Shown here: in pieces, positions 9,798-19,184 of the stretch | Layout of the letters: every line of letters starts with the position of its first letter | Numbering within the stretch: the stretch's first letter is position 1 | DNA from: Verrucomicrobiota bacterium | GTDB taxonomy: Bacteria; Verrucomicrobiota; Verrucomicrobiia; Limisphaerales; CANJXF01 | Length of the DNA stretch: 64,000 nucleotides | Assembly: GCA_038214755.1 (NCBI GenBank) | Contig: JBBQRQ010000015.1 | Span: 1 to 64,000 of the forward strand | Direction: 5' to 3' | The notes under the pieces: model-generated | Database searches by the model: none | The model's input: only the letters and a program-made list of their open reading frames with translations | Told to the model about the DNA's origin: nothing | Translations under genes and position numbers: made by a program

Positions 9798-10231
9798 TTA
9801 TTTTTTGGCCCTGTTTGATAACGGTAGCCGCCGACGTGAGGAGGCGGATTTTGCGACAGATGCTTCCAGTCCGTCCGCCTCCTCACGTCGGCGGCTACGA
9901 GGTCTTCGTCCGTCCGCCGATCCATGTCGCCGGAGCGCGGAGCATTGCTCCGCTCGGTTCGTGATTTGAAAACCCGCAGAGCAATGCTCTGCGCTCCGGC
10001 GACATGGGCACGATGCCCGGCCATTTCCGGTGAAGTTCTCCTCACGTCGGCGGTTATGAGTCCGCACGCTTGGGGCCGAAATTGTGTCGCGCGTTGCCGC
10101 ATCAATTCATTTTCTGGATCAAGCTCGCTCAAAACCGCCGCCATTTCCCGCGTGATGTTGTGGGCGAGAATTTTGCCGTCAGCCAAAATCAGCAACTCGC
10201 CTTCTTCAAATTGTTTTTGGGTTGGCTTCAT
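9794..10231 (-). CDS. Small hypothetical protein whose C-terminal half is REP-derived
   Basis: ATGA overlaps with both neighbours; plausible N-terminal domain ELLILADGKILAHNITREMAAVLSELDP; the C-terminus translates the palindromes. Confidence 0.6.
   Translation of the reverse strand: MKPTQKQFEEGELLILADGKILAHNITREMAAVLSELDPENELMRQRATQFRPQACGLITADVRRTSPEMAGHRAHVAGAQSIALRVFKSRTERSNAPRSGDMDRRTDEDLVAADVRRRTDWKHLSQNPPPHVGGYRYQTGPKNK
9824..9898. repeat. GTAG-type REP doublet, family A
   Basis: 25-bp perfect inverted arms GTAGCCGCCGACGTGAGGAGGCGGA; an extra partial arm near 10038-10056. Confidence 0.9.
9932..9997. repeat. GGAG-type REP doublet, family D
   Basis: GGAGCGCGGAGCATTGCTCCGC...GCAGAGCAATGCTCTGCGCTCC. 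Confidence 0.8.
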
Positions 10232-11100
10232 TCAATCAGATTCAGGTGGAACTCGCGAGCGATTGCCAGGGCGGATTCTGTTTCACTGCGAGAAGTTGTT
10301 CCGCACAGTTCAACATGCTTTCGCGCTTTCCATGCGGGCCAAAAACCGCTGCGCAAGTTGACTTTTATTCCCGGCAAATTTTCAGCGAGCCATTCCGCAA
10401 TTGGTTTCCAACAACACTCAGCGTGTCCCGGCATGACCAAATGTCGCACAATCAATTCGCTGTGTTCGTTTGCCCAAAACAAACTTTCGCGAACGAACTG
10501 ATTGTAGTTCGGAACGAGCGCGAGACGTTGCGCACAGGCGTCGTTGCCGAATTTGTAATCCGCCAGCCAAACATCAAAAATGCCGTCGAGAAATTCGCGC
10601 GCTGCAACGGAACCGTGCGCGTTGGTTTTCCAGATCAGTTTCGTGTCGTCGGGCAGGAGCGAAACGATTTCAAGCGCGTCGGGCAGATGAATCGTTGGCT
10701 CGCCACCCAGGATCATCACCGTGCGCGCGCCGGCGTCGAGTGCGTGGATCGCCCTTTCCGTAATTTCATATTTGTCCAATAGTTCGCCGGCATTTGGATT
10801 CCAACTTTCTTTTCCGGTGATGCAGAAAGAGCAGCGGAGATCACAACCACTCAACGCGATGGCGAAAGTGGGAGTGAGTTCCAGTTCGTCGGAGACTTCG
10901 ACTTGCGCGGAAAAAAATCGGGCGGTCGCACCCGCGTGACAAATTCCGCGCTCGCCCGCCAGACGGTTCACGCCGCAATGATGGGCGCAGAGTTGGCAAT
11001 CGGATAAGCTCGCCCGCGCCAGTCGCGCGCGAAGTTCGGCGACCGTAGCGCGTCCCCGCCCGTGCGTTCGAAAATCATTTGTCACAGCAAGGGTCATCAT
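10228..11100 (-). CDS. Radical SAM protein, PflX-like
   Basis: N-terminal CQLCAHHC...C cluster, CDLRCSFC (CX3CX2C), GGEPT, TNAH, LADYKFGN and IVRHLVMPGH; start taken after the repeat region. Confidence 0.85.
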   Translation of the reverse strand: MMTLAVTNDFRTHGRGRATVAELRARLARASLSDCQLCAHHCGVNRLAGERGICHAGATARFFSAQVEVSDELELTPTFAIALSGCDLRCSFCITGKESWNPNAGELLDKYEITERAIHALDAGARTVMILGGEPTIHLPDALEIVSLLPDDTKLIWKTNAHGSVAAREFLDGIFDVWLADYKFGNDACAQRLALVPNYNQFVRESLFWANEHSELIVRHLVMPGHAECCWKPIAEWLAENLPGIKVNLRSGFWPAWKARKHVELCGTTSRSETESALAIAREFHLNLIE

Positions 11101-11134
11101 TCGAGGCGAGTCATGCGTGCAGAAGTTTGGGTCT

Positions 11135-11536
11135 CGAAATCCGAAATCCGAAATCCAAAAGAAATCCAAAGCGCGAAGGGCGAAAATGGCGCTGAGATGT
11201 AGTGGGGCAGGCTTCCAGCCTGTCTGAGCTGGCATCTTGCCCGCGAACTGGGGCTGGAAGCCCCGATGGCCTACAGGATGTCTGCCCCACTATTTTGGTG
11301 GTATCAAGGGCGGGTTGCTCAAACCATTTCGGAGCGCGGACGTTTTCGTCCGCGCGTTTCAAGACGACAAAAACCTTAACGTTTTCCACCCTCCCGATTC
11401 GCGCGGACGAGAACGTCCGCGCTCCTTTCCATTTGAGCAAAACGCCTTCAAGATGCGTCCGGCCAGAGATCATTTTCGGTAATCGGATTTCGGTCTTCTT
11501 TCGGATTTCGGGGATTGGGATTTCGGACTTTGGATT
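11135..11536. repeat. Nested repeat mosaic: inverted (CGAAATC)n arms enclosing family C (11199-11292) and family D (11331-11425) palindromes
   Basis: CGAAATC tandem at 11135-11170 and its complement at 11483-11536; the inner elements match copies at 55882 and 21717. Confidence 0.8.
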
Positions 11537-11784
11537 CATAGTCGTTCGCGCGAAACAAATCGTTGCCACCATGATTTGATTTCAGGTTTTGGAACGTCCG
11601 CTAAAGATTTGTTGAGTTTCACCGCGACGGCGGGCGGCACGGCGATTTGAGCGGCGTCGTGACGCAACAACTCTTCGACTGACGAAAATTCTTTTGCGTC
11701 AGTTTTCAATTGTTCTCCCTGAGTTTGTTCGGAGGTTGACTCCTGTTTTTGGGTGTGTCGCAATTTAGAAGGTTCGTTGGGCAT
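11536..11784 (-). CDS. Small hypothetical protein, likely partner of the ECF sigma factor
   Basis: Starts 2 nt after the sigma stop; EFSSVEELLRHDA core and C-terminal WWQRF. Confidence 0.65.
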   Translation of the reverse strand: MPNEPSKLRHTQKQESTSEQTQGEQLKTDAKEFSSVEELLRHDAAQIAVPPAVAVKLNKSLADVPKPEIKSWWQRFVSRERL

Positions 11785-11786
11785 GG

Positions 11787-12326
11787 TTACTCCGATGTTT
11801 TAAAATGGATTTGAAAAGTTTTGCGCGCGCGATGCAATTTGCCGCGAACGGCGTCGCTTGTTTGGCCCGTCAATGCGCCAATTTCTTCATAGCTAAGTTT
11901 TTCATCTGCCACGAGCAGCAGGAGCAATCGATATTCTTGCGGCAACGCGTCGAGTGTCTTTTGAATGCGCTCACCCAATTCTTTCGTTTCCAAAATGCGC
12001 AATGGATTCGGTTGAGCGGACACGCCTTCGAGCAGTGCGGCGTCGTCACTGCTTTGGATGTGACGGTTATGCCACGTGCTCGTCAAATTGTGGCAATGGT
12101 TGATCGCGATGCGATAGAGCCAGGTGCGAATGTTCGATTCGTTGCGAAAAGAATTCATCTTTTGAAACGCTTTTAAAAAAACATCGTGAGTGGCATCTTC
12201 CGCGGCGGTAGGATCGCGCAAGAGGCGGAGGGCCAGATAATAAATTGCTTTGGAATGTTCTTGGTAAAACGCCCCGAACTCCGGGAATTCCCAGCGCAGA
12301 GGAGAAGTGGTTGTCTCGGCGTCCAT
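11787..12326 (-). CDS. ECF RNA polymerase sigma-70 factor
   Basis: AEDATHDVFLKAF, TWLYRIAINHC, LSYEEIG and VRGKLHRARK (regions 2 and 4). Confidence 0.92.
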   Translation of the reverse strand: MDAETTTSPLRWEFPEFGAFYQEHSKAIYYLALRLLRDPTAAEDATHDVFLKAFQKMNSFRNESNIRTWLYRIAINHCHNLTSTWHNRHIQSSDDAALLEGVSAQPNPLRILETKELGERIQKTLDALPQEYRLLLLLVADEKLSYEEIGALTGQTSDAVRGKLHRARKTFQIHFKTSE

Positions 12327-12408
12327 GCTCTCGGCAAATAGTTGCACGATGATTGGACAAATCTACCGGAGGATTGTCACGCTTCATTCGACGCCGCCGG
12401 CGTTTTGC

Positions 12409-12477
12409 AAATCACTGGCCTAGGGCGAGTCGGCGTGCAAAAGATATTCAGCGGCGCCCCCATAGCTCGATTGGCTA
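12409..12477 (+). pseudogene. Decayed copy of the tRNA-Arg upstream/promoter region plus tRNA nt 1-22
   Basis: Manual alignment to 19501-19570: 58 of 70 columns identical, including GGCGTGCAAAAGATATTC and CCCATAGCTC. Confidence 0.85.
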
Positions 12478-12526
12478 TTTCGTGCGCTGCTTCGTCCAGC
12501 GTTGTTCGCTCTACGATGTTCCACGT

Positions 12527-14503
12527 TTAAATTTTTCTTGTCTGCTCCTCGGCAAATTCTTTTTGGACCTGTCGCAAATCAGCGAGCATTTCCGCCGCGC
12601 TCGCATACCGTGGCTCACTCTCCGCTTGTCCGGGTTGGCAGAGCGGCCGACACGCTTTACAAATAATTTTATTCAATCCTTTTAAGTCAGACCACGCTTC
12701 ACTTTCAATTAGAGTCGTCCCGGCGTCCGGCCATTCGTTGATCGGATGCCGCCCCGTGCTGATCACAAACAGTAACTTGCCCAAAGCATAGATATCCGCC
12801 GCAACGGTTCCCACGGACTCTCCGCGTGCGACATATTCCTTGGTGAACACTTGGGTCACTTCCTCCCCTGGCTGAGGTATCTGGATAATCAGACCTATGT
12901 CCGCCAGCTTGGCCCGGCTTCGCACGAAAATGACATTTGACGGTTTGATGTCGCGATGCACCAATCCGTGACCGTGAAGAAGGACCAAGGCCTCCGCCAG
13001 ATCGATGCCAATGCGTACGCATTCGCGCGGAAGGAGCCGGTTGTGTTCATTTTGCGCGCATTCAAGCCGGAGATCGCGTGGGTGGTAGGTCGCCGGATTT
13101 TTCTCCCAGGCGGGTGTGAGAGCATCGCCCAGTTCCATCACATAGAAGAAGCTGCCATCTCGCTTTGGCCGACTGATCAATTCAACACGGAGAAGTTCAG
13201 GGGAATGTCCCTCTGATATCGGTTTGTATTGCTTAATACCTCGGAACTCTCGATGACAAGGATCGGCCAGGCCAGAAATGGGCAGAACCTTTTTCAGCGC
13301 CTGCCATTGGCCGATGGAACTGCGGACCAGCCAGACTTCTCCATATGCTCCGCTGCCAAAACGATGGTAAAAATCGTAGTCGGATAACGCCGGCCCGCGA
13401 TAGGATAATATTATTTGATAGAGCAGAGCGCACGGCACCTGCCCGCCTGCAATGACCAGCCAGGGAAACCAATAGTGGGTGAAGTAGTTTAACCAAACGG
13501 CGCCGATGGTGATAGCCAGTCCCGCCGCTGCTGCGATCCCAAGAGCCATGACCCACCTCATTCGAAACAAACCACTGCCGAGTATAATACCTGTTATGAC
13601 CAATACCGAAGCCTCTACCCACGGATTGGCTCTGCGGAGCCAATCGTGGTTAAGCAGATTCAAAAACGAGGTCGCCAAAATTTCCACACCGCCGGCGGAT
13701 TCTCCCGTCCAACGAGTATAAGGAGTGCGGAACTCATCCTTCTCGTCGCCAGGCACCGATGTCTTCGGTTGATTGCCGATGAAGACAAACTTGTCGCGGA
13801 AATAGTTGCTCGGTTGTTCAAACGCATACGGATAGCTCAAACTTACCCATGCGCCTTTGGGGCCGTAGTAACGCAGCCATTGCTCTTGCGGAACTTTGCC
13901 TAAGCCGGGCTTTACCAACTTAGCGGCTGTCCATGGCAAACTGTAAAATTCTGGTCCGGCGGCTATGAACGGCCAATGCTTGCGCACGATCAAATCAAGG
14001 TCTGGATCGAGCCAGGCAACTCCCCAATTGTTATTGGCCGCGCTAAGGAATAGTTCTGCAGGCAGGACGGGTCGCACGCTGTGCAGCGCGGGATGTTCTC
14101 CTCCGACCAACTCCGCCATCAGCACGACTCGAGGCAGACGTTGCATAGCTTTGGCCAATGCATCATCCGCCGCCGGTTCGCCGTGCTGACGAAAGAACGT
14201 GTCCATCACCACCAATGGACAACCTTCATTCGCCAGTTTGTTTAATAGTTTAGCATGCAGCGCCCGGTCCCAGGGTTGGTCCCTGGCTTGTCCGAAATGA
14301 TCAAGCGCTTCATTATCCATCAAGATGAGAACCACTTTATTGGTCGCTGGCCTCGCGCCGAAACGAAACGAGTAGTCGTAACTCGCATTTACCCAAGCGT
14401 CACCTAACGGCGTTCCCCAAAGCAGCAGACCGCAAACGACCGTCAGCACTGCGCCGAGTGCTGGCTTGAAGGCCTGATGTTTGGTGAAGGCTCTGAAATT
14501 CAC
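12527..14503 (-). CDS. CHASE2-domain membrane Ser/Thr protein kinase
   Basis: TM, CHASE2-like region (PWDRALHAKLL, VVMDTFF, GVEILA), 3 TM, then Hanks kinase motifs GSGAYGEVW, ALKK, HRDIKPSN, LADIGL, DIYALG. Confidence 0.88.
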   Translation of the reverse strand: MNFRAFTKHQAFKPALGAVLTVVCGLLLWGTPLGDAWVNASYDYSFRFGARPATNKVVLILMDNEALDHFGQARDQPWDRALHAKLLNKLANEGCPLVVMDTFFRQHGEPAADDALAKAMQRLPRVVLMAELVGGEHPALHSVRPVLPAELFLSAANNNWGVAWLDPDLDLIVRKHWPFIAAGPEFYSLPWTAAKLVKPGLGKVPQEQWLRYYGPKGAWVSLSYPYAFEQPSNYFRDKFVFIGNQPKTSVPGDEKDEFRTPYTRWTGESAGGVEILATSFLNLLNHDWLRRANPWVEASVLVITGIILGSGLFRMRWVMALGIAAAAGLAITIGAVWLNYFTHYWFPWLVIAGGQVPCALLYQIILSYRGPALSDYDFYHRFGSGAYGEVWLVRSSIGQWQALKKVLPISGLADPCHREFRGIKQYKPISEGHSPELLRVELISRPKRDGSFFYVMELGDALTPAWEKNPATYHPRDLRLECAQNEHNRLLPRECVRIGIDLAEALVLLHGHGLVHRDIKPSNVIFVRSRAKLADIGLIIQIPQPGEEVTQVFTKEYVARGESVGTVAADIYALGKLLFVISTGRHPINEWPDAGTTLIESEAWSDLKGLNKIICKACRPLCQPGQAESEPRYASAAEMLADLRQVQKEFAEEQTRKI

Positions 14504-14821
14504 GATTCAGTTAAACGCTATCCAGGCTCGAAAAGTAGAGGAGATGTGGAAAACAAAACAGCATTTTTCCGATCCTTCAATGGAGACTATCCTTTTTTTG
14601 GACGGCGGGGACAGGTCCCCGCTTTGGCTGCACGGTGAAATCAAATCCGGCCTCACCCACTTTTAATCACACCCGTTCGCAACTCTGTCCGATATTTCCC
14701 TTTACGCATCATCCCTTCGCGGTATAGAAATCCGTGTCGGCATCCTTTGAGCAGCCGCAGCGGGAAGAAAATTCCGGGGCGTGCCAAAGGGTCAGGCCAC
14801 ACATCGTTTAAAGATACCTCT

Positions 14822-15568
14822 ATGAAAACACAAATGATTCATCTTTCCGCGCTCCTCGGATTGAGCGTATTGCTGGGCGGCGTTACGGGCTGCCAGTCCA
14901 TCAAACCCAGTGATGACGAACGAGGAGGCGATGGAGTCATCCATATAAAGCAGCACCCGAAGAGCAAGCTGGTTCGGCGCGGGTCGGAGACGCGCTTCGA
15001 AGTCATGGATTCTATTCACTCGTCGCAACGTGTAACCTACCGCTGGTTCTTCAATGGCAACTTGATTGACCGGGAGGCCGCGAAACTACTCGGCTTGAGT
15101 GACATTGATAAGCCCGTTCTGCACGTTAAGGAAGTAGGCCCCGCCAACGTCGGTTTTTATAGCGCGCTGATCGAGACCCGAAATAAAAAGAATCTCATTT
15201 CTTCCACACACAGCGGGATGGCGGAATTAATGATGTTCACCGGGGGTAACTCGCCGACCGTCGTGTACGGCACACCTATCGCCGGTCCTGATGGTAGCGG
15301 AACAAGTTGTCCTGGACCCTACGTGGGCTACGTGTGTTATACGAATGCAAGCAGTCCAACCGGGGGCTGGTATTTCAGAAATGGAGGCAAGGCCTACGAC
15401 GCCAACCCTGAGAGGAACACAGTCGTGCGCTACTTTGGAGTTCCTTATACCAACAGCGCGTGTAATACCAACGTTCCTGCCAGCGCCTATTATCCGTACC
15501 GGTTCACGATTTACTTCCGATCCAATCTACCGACGGGAGCGTACCCTATCACTCTCGATCCGCGGTGA
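14822..15568 (+). CDS. Lipoprotein with immunoglobulin-like domain
   Basis: Lipobox-like VTGC; I-set pattern IKQHPKS...FEV...YRWFFNG...LHVKEV...GFYS; Cys/Tyr/Pro-rich C-terminal domain. Confidence 0.7.
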   Translation: MKTQMIHLSALLGLSVLLGGVTGCQSIKPSDDERGGDGVIHIKQHPKSKLVRRGSETRFEVMDSIHSSQRVTYRWFFNGNLIDREAAKLLGLSDIDKPVLHVKEVGPANVGFYSALIETRNKKNLISSTHSGMAELMMFTGGNSPTVVYGTPIAGPDGSGTSCPGPYVGYVCYTNASSPTGGWYFRNGGKAYDANPERNTVVRYFGVPYTNSACNTNVPASAYYPYRFTIYFRSNLPTGAYPITLDPR

Positions 15569-15596
15569 CCTTGGCGGACGTTCCACGCGGCAATTT

Positions 15597-18500
15597 TCAG
15601 AAGTTGAAGAGTGCTCGCACCAGGAAGGTGCGTCGCCGAGGAAGGTCATTATGAAAAGTAAGAGGTTCGAGGCGATAGTCGCGATCCGCCAAGTTCAACA
15701 CCCCAAAGGTGATTTCCGCATGGCGTCGGGGAAATCGATAGCCTCCGAACGCATTGAATTGCCAAAAGTTATCCCCCGGTTCGTCCGGTGAATAGCCGGA
15801 ATTGCCCTGGCGGTTCCAGTGTGCGCCGAAACGCGCAAAGATTCCGCTGGGGTGGTTCCAGTTGGCATCCAGACTTACCTGATGCAGCACGCTGTCGCGG
15901 ATTACTGGAGGATTGACCAGAGGAAGGAATGGACCTTGGACGGTGTTCAATCGTTGCGCCAGATGGGACTCAGTTACCCGATAGCGGACGCCCAAAGACC
16001 AATCGCGCCCAATCAATTGGTTAGCATTGAGCAGAAGCGATTTTTCGGTGTAGTCCAGATGTTGGTGTGCGCTTGCCGGGCCACGCAACGAGTAGGTAAA
16101 TGTGGCCGGATCGAAATCCAAGTAATAACCTCCAATGATCCGATTAAACTCCGAGTTGATCAATTCACCACTTAGCCCGAAGTAAATGCCGGACTCAAAC
16201 TTCTGTTCGAGCGCCACGCCGACGGTTTCAAAGGGCGCCCCGGGGGTAGGGCCCCCCACCGCACTTTCGGGAACTACATCCCGGTAGGCCTGGGTGAAGC
16301 CCGCCACTTGCGCTGGTTCGAGGCGCAGGCTTTGTTCTAAGGACGCGCCAGCGAGCGAGCGTGTATAGGCTACCCGGATGGTCGTGTCTTTGAGTGGAGA
16401 CCACACCAAGCCCGCTTTCGGAGAGAGCTGGTCTTTGGTCAACGTGCCGCTCGAAAGCGGAGCAAAAAGAAAGTTCTCAGGTAGCTTGATCCAATCGTAG
16501 CTCACGCCGCCTTGCAACCAAAGGTGATCAATGATTTCCCAACGGTGATAGGCATAGATTCCCATTCGCTCCATCCCTGACGAAAAGTCCTGGAGCGAAG
16601 CCGACTGTCCGGGATCCGGGAAGTTCGGCGGCTGGTTGAAGGATACGATCTGATCGCTCTTAACTTGTAGGCTGCCATGTGAGTAACGGACGCCTACGAT
16701 GGTGTCGTGCCCTGGCGCGATCTGTATCAGTTGTTGCAACTCGACGAAATAGGCGGTCAGATTTGCGTGGTAGTCTTCGATCAGAGAAATGGGGGAAGCC
16801 AGCTTGGCGAACGGATCGAAGGCCAACGTCTGCGAGTTGGAATCCACCAGGGAAAAGCGGTCGGGCAACCGGCCCGCCAGCAGCAATGTATGTACGCCCG
16901 GCTGCCACTCGTGGTGGTAACCCAGGCTGAGTGATGGCTCTTGCGCCTCCCTGCTTCGAAAATCTGGGCTAGCCGTTCGCGGACTGTAACGCTGGGCCAA
17001 ATCTCCCCCTCGGCTGTTGAACCAGCCCACCTGAGCGAACACGGAATCCTGTGGCGTAAGCTGTTGCTTCAAGAGCAAGCTAAGGTTCATTTCTGCGAAA
17101 TCATTGTTTGGCCGTTGACCTGGGTCGGTTCGGTAAAATGCTTCAAGCGAATAGCTGCTATTGCCGAAGGTGCCGAACTGCGATCCTTGCTGGACCCAAC
17201 TACCCCGGCTCAGATACTCGGTCGCCGAAATGAACCCCAACCGATCGCGTTGGAAAAGCTTCGAGTATTCCTGCTGCGAAATCGTGGGTGACAATATGCC
17301 CGCGCCAACGGGTGCGAGCAGATTGGCTAACAGGTACTCGCTGGTTTCCGCTGGCTCGAATCGTAGATTTACAAGATTGGGATCCCGCAGTTGGTGATAA
17401 CTGTTCGCCAGAAATAAATGCGCCGAGTAATTGGCATAGTCGCTGTTGACCGCGCGGGCCGCCTCGCGAAAAGCTACATCCGGCATCCCCGCGTCCTGAT
17501 AGATTCGAGCCAGATTCGCGCTGCGCACTGCACGGTCCTGGTCTAATAAAAATTCAGAACGATATATCCTGCGATTATCCGTTAGTTCCTGCGATCTCTC
17601 CAAATCGCGGATAGCGTCGTTGATACGATTTTGTTGCTCGTTGTTCAGGGCGGAATAGAGCCAGCTCGTTGGATCATCAGGGTCTATCTTCGTTGCCAGT
17701 TGAATCTCCTTGGTCGCGCGGGAGTAGTCGCCTTGGTTCGCATACGCCTTACCGAGATAGCTTCGCAGCGTAGCGCGTTGCGGTTCGAGAGCAGCGGCAA
17801 TCAACAAGTCTTCCCGTCCGCCTCTCATATCCCCGCGACGGATGCGACAAAGACCTCTTCCCAACCAGGCATTACCGAGCGCGGAGTCCATCGCTATGGC
17901 TTGATCGAACCAGCCGATAGCTTCAATTATTTTATTTTGCGCGGCGAGAAGAAAGCCTTTCAACGCGAGCGCCTGGGCGTTACGCGGCGAGAGCGCGAGA
18001 CTTTTATTCAAAGCGTCCAGCGCTCGACTGGTCTGACCGAAGCTGAATTCCAACTCGGCCACCCGTGCCCATGCGAAGCCAAACTCCGGCGAAGTAGCAG
18101 CCGCTTGTTGAGCTAAAGATAGCGCGTTCGTCAGCGAAGTTTCGCGTCGAGCCAGTGATTGTTGGTAGTAGGAGTCAGCCAGTAACTCGGTGGCGAGTAA
18201 CTGGGCGCGGTTCTGGAGCAAAGGGGTGAAGGTTGAAGACGCAGGCGGACCCTTCACCGCGGCAATCATTTGGTGAAGTGAGTTAGCGAGACGGAATAGA
18301 CGGTTGGTGGGATTGGACGAAGATATTTTTTTCAACATCGCCTCAGTTTGCTCAACCTGACCCACAGAGAGTAGCAGCGCCGCGTAATAGATTCGTTCAG
18401 CATCCGAGGCAGGTTGCCCACCCTCCGGGTACCTTGCCAACGCCGCCAACAAATCGCCGGTCTGATAGGCCGACAGAGAGTCACCCAGCATCGTTTGTTG

Positions 18501-19184
18501 CTCGCTAGTCAATGGCAGGTCGTGCAAATCGAGTATCGCTGGATAGTAGAAGCACCATTGTAAAAGGTTATTGGCGATGAAGCCCGGCGCGCGTTGCGGC
18601 GCGTTGCCTGGAGTCGCAATTGCTTGCTCGCCATCAGTCAGGACAAGGGTGCCTTGAGGGTTTGCAAGTCTTACCCGGCCCTCAATTACCGAAAGGGTGG
18701 TGCGGTCTGTTGCTGGTTCAACCTCCATGACGAATTCCGTCCCCTCCACGCCGGCCACGGCTCCTCGTGTGATCACTCGGATGCGCCCCGGATTGTCACG
18801 ATGGAAAAAGGAGAGAAGTCCTCTGATGAGTTGCAAACCCGCATGTTCGGTTGGCTGCGCCGCCAGGATTTCAACCTCGGTCAACGCCCCGAATCGGACA
18901 ACGCTCTGCCCGCTTGAACCGGACAAAATTATCGCAGCCCGGCTATTCGGGCCCGTCCGCAGATGGTCGGATGCGTGAAGGACTTGATTGGTTTGCGTGA
19001 GCACCCAGGTGCGTGCGCCTGCCGGGGAAATTTCCACCTTGCCTTGCAATTCCACGATGCGAATTTCGTTCGCGACGGGATTAGCCGCGTCCGCCAGCGC
19101 CAGCGACGGTGCCGTTCCCAACAACAACCCGGCCAGCGCCCCAGCAAATAAAGTACGGCCACCCATTGAAGGTATAAATTCCAT
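15597..19184 (-). CDS. FecR-TPR-outer membrane beta-barrel receptor (NsrA-like architecture)
   Basis: Signal peptide; FecR-like LRTGPNSRA...AGVEGTEF...LSVIEGRV; many TPRs; beta-rich C-terminal half ending FLVRALFNF (terminal Phe beta-signal). Confidence 0.85.
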   Translation of the reverse strand: MEFIPSMGGRTLFAGALAGLLLGTAPSLALADAANPVANEIRIVELQGKVEISPAGARTWVLTQTNQVLHASDHLRTGPNSRAAIILSGSSGQSVVRFGALTEVEILAAQPTEHAGLQLIRGLLSFFHRDNPGRIRVITRGAVAGVEGTEFVMEVEPATDRTTLSVIEGRVRLANPQGTLVLTDGEQAIATPGNAPQRAPGFIANNLLQWCFYYPAILDLHDLPLTSEQQTMLGDSLSAYQTGDLLAALARYPEGGQPASDAERIYYAALLLSVGQVEQTEAMLKKISSSNPTNRLFRLANSLHQMIAAVKGPPASSTFTPLLQNRAQLLATELLADSYYQQSLARRETSLTNALSLAQQAAATSPEFGFAWARVAELEFSFGQTSRALDALNKSLALSPRNAQALALKGFLLAAQNKIIEAIGWFDQAIAMDSALGNAWLGRGLCRIRRGDMRGGREDLLIAAALEPQRATLRSYLGKAYANQGDYSRATKEIQLATKIDPDDPTSWLYSALNNEQQNRINDAIRDLERSQELTDNRRIYRSEFLLDQDRAVRSANLARIYQDAGMPDVAFREAARAVNSDYANYSAHLFLANSYHQLRDPNLVNLRFEPAETSEYLLANLLAPVGAGILSPTISQQEYSKLFQRDRLGFISATEYLSRGSWVQQGSQFGTFGNSSYSLEAFYRTDPGQRPNNDFAEMNLSLLLKQQLTPQDSVFAQVGWFNSRGGDLAQRYSPRTASPDFRSREAQEPSLSLGYHHEWQPGVHTLLLAGRLPDRFSLVDSNSQTLAFDPFAKLASPISLIEDYHANLTAYFVELQQLIQIAPGHDTIVGVRYSHGSLQVKSDQIVSFNQPPNFPDPGQSASLQDFSSGMERMGIYAYHRWEIIDHLWLQGGVSYDWIKLPENFLFAPLSSGTLTKDQLSPKAGLVWSPLKDTTIRVAYTRSLAGASLEQSLRLEPAQVAGFTQAYRDVVPESAVGGPTPGAPFETVGVALEQKFESGIYFGLSGELINSEFNRIIGGYYLDFDPATFTYSLRGPASAHQHLDYTEKSLLLNANQLIGRDWSLGVRYRVTESHLAQRLNTVQGPFLPLVNPPVIRDSVLHQVSLDANWNHPSGIFARFGAHWNRQGNSGYSPDEPGDNFWQFNAFGGYRFPRRHAEITFGVLNLADRDYRLEPLTFHNDLPRRRTFLVRALFNF

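Noticed and set aside
11135..11536. Clustered repeats as a possible CRISPR array
   Set aside because: The repeats are inverted and heterogeneous, with no constant repeat-spacer periodicity and no cas genes.
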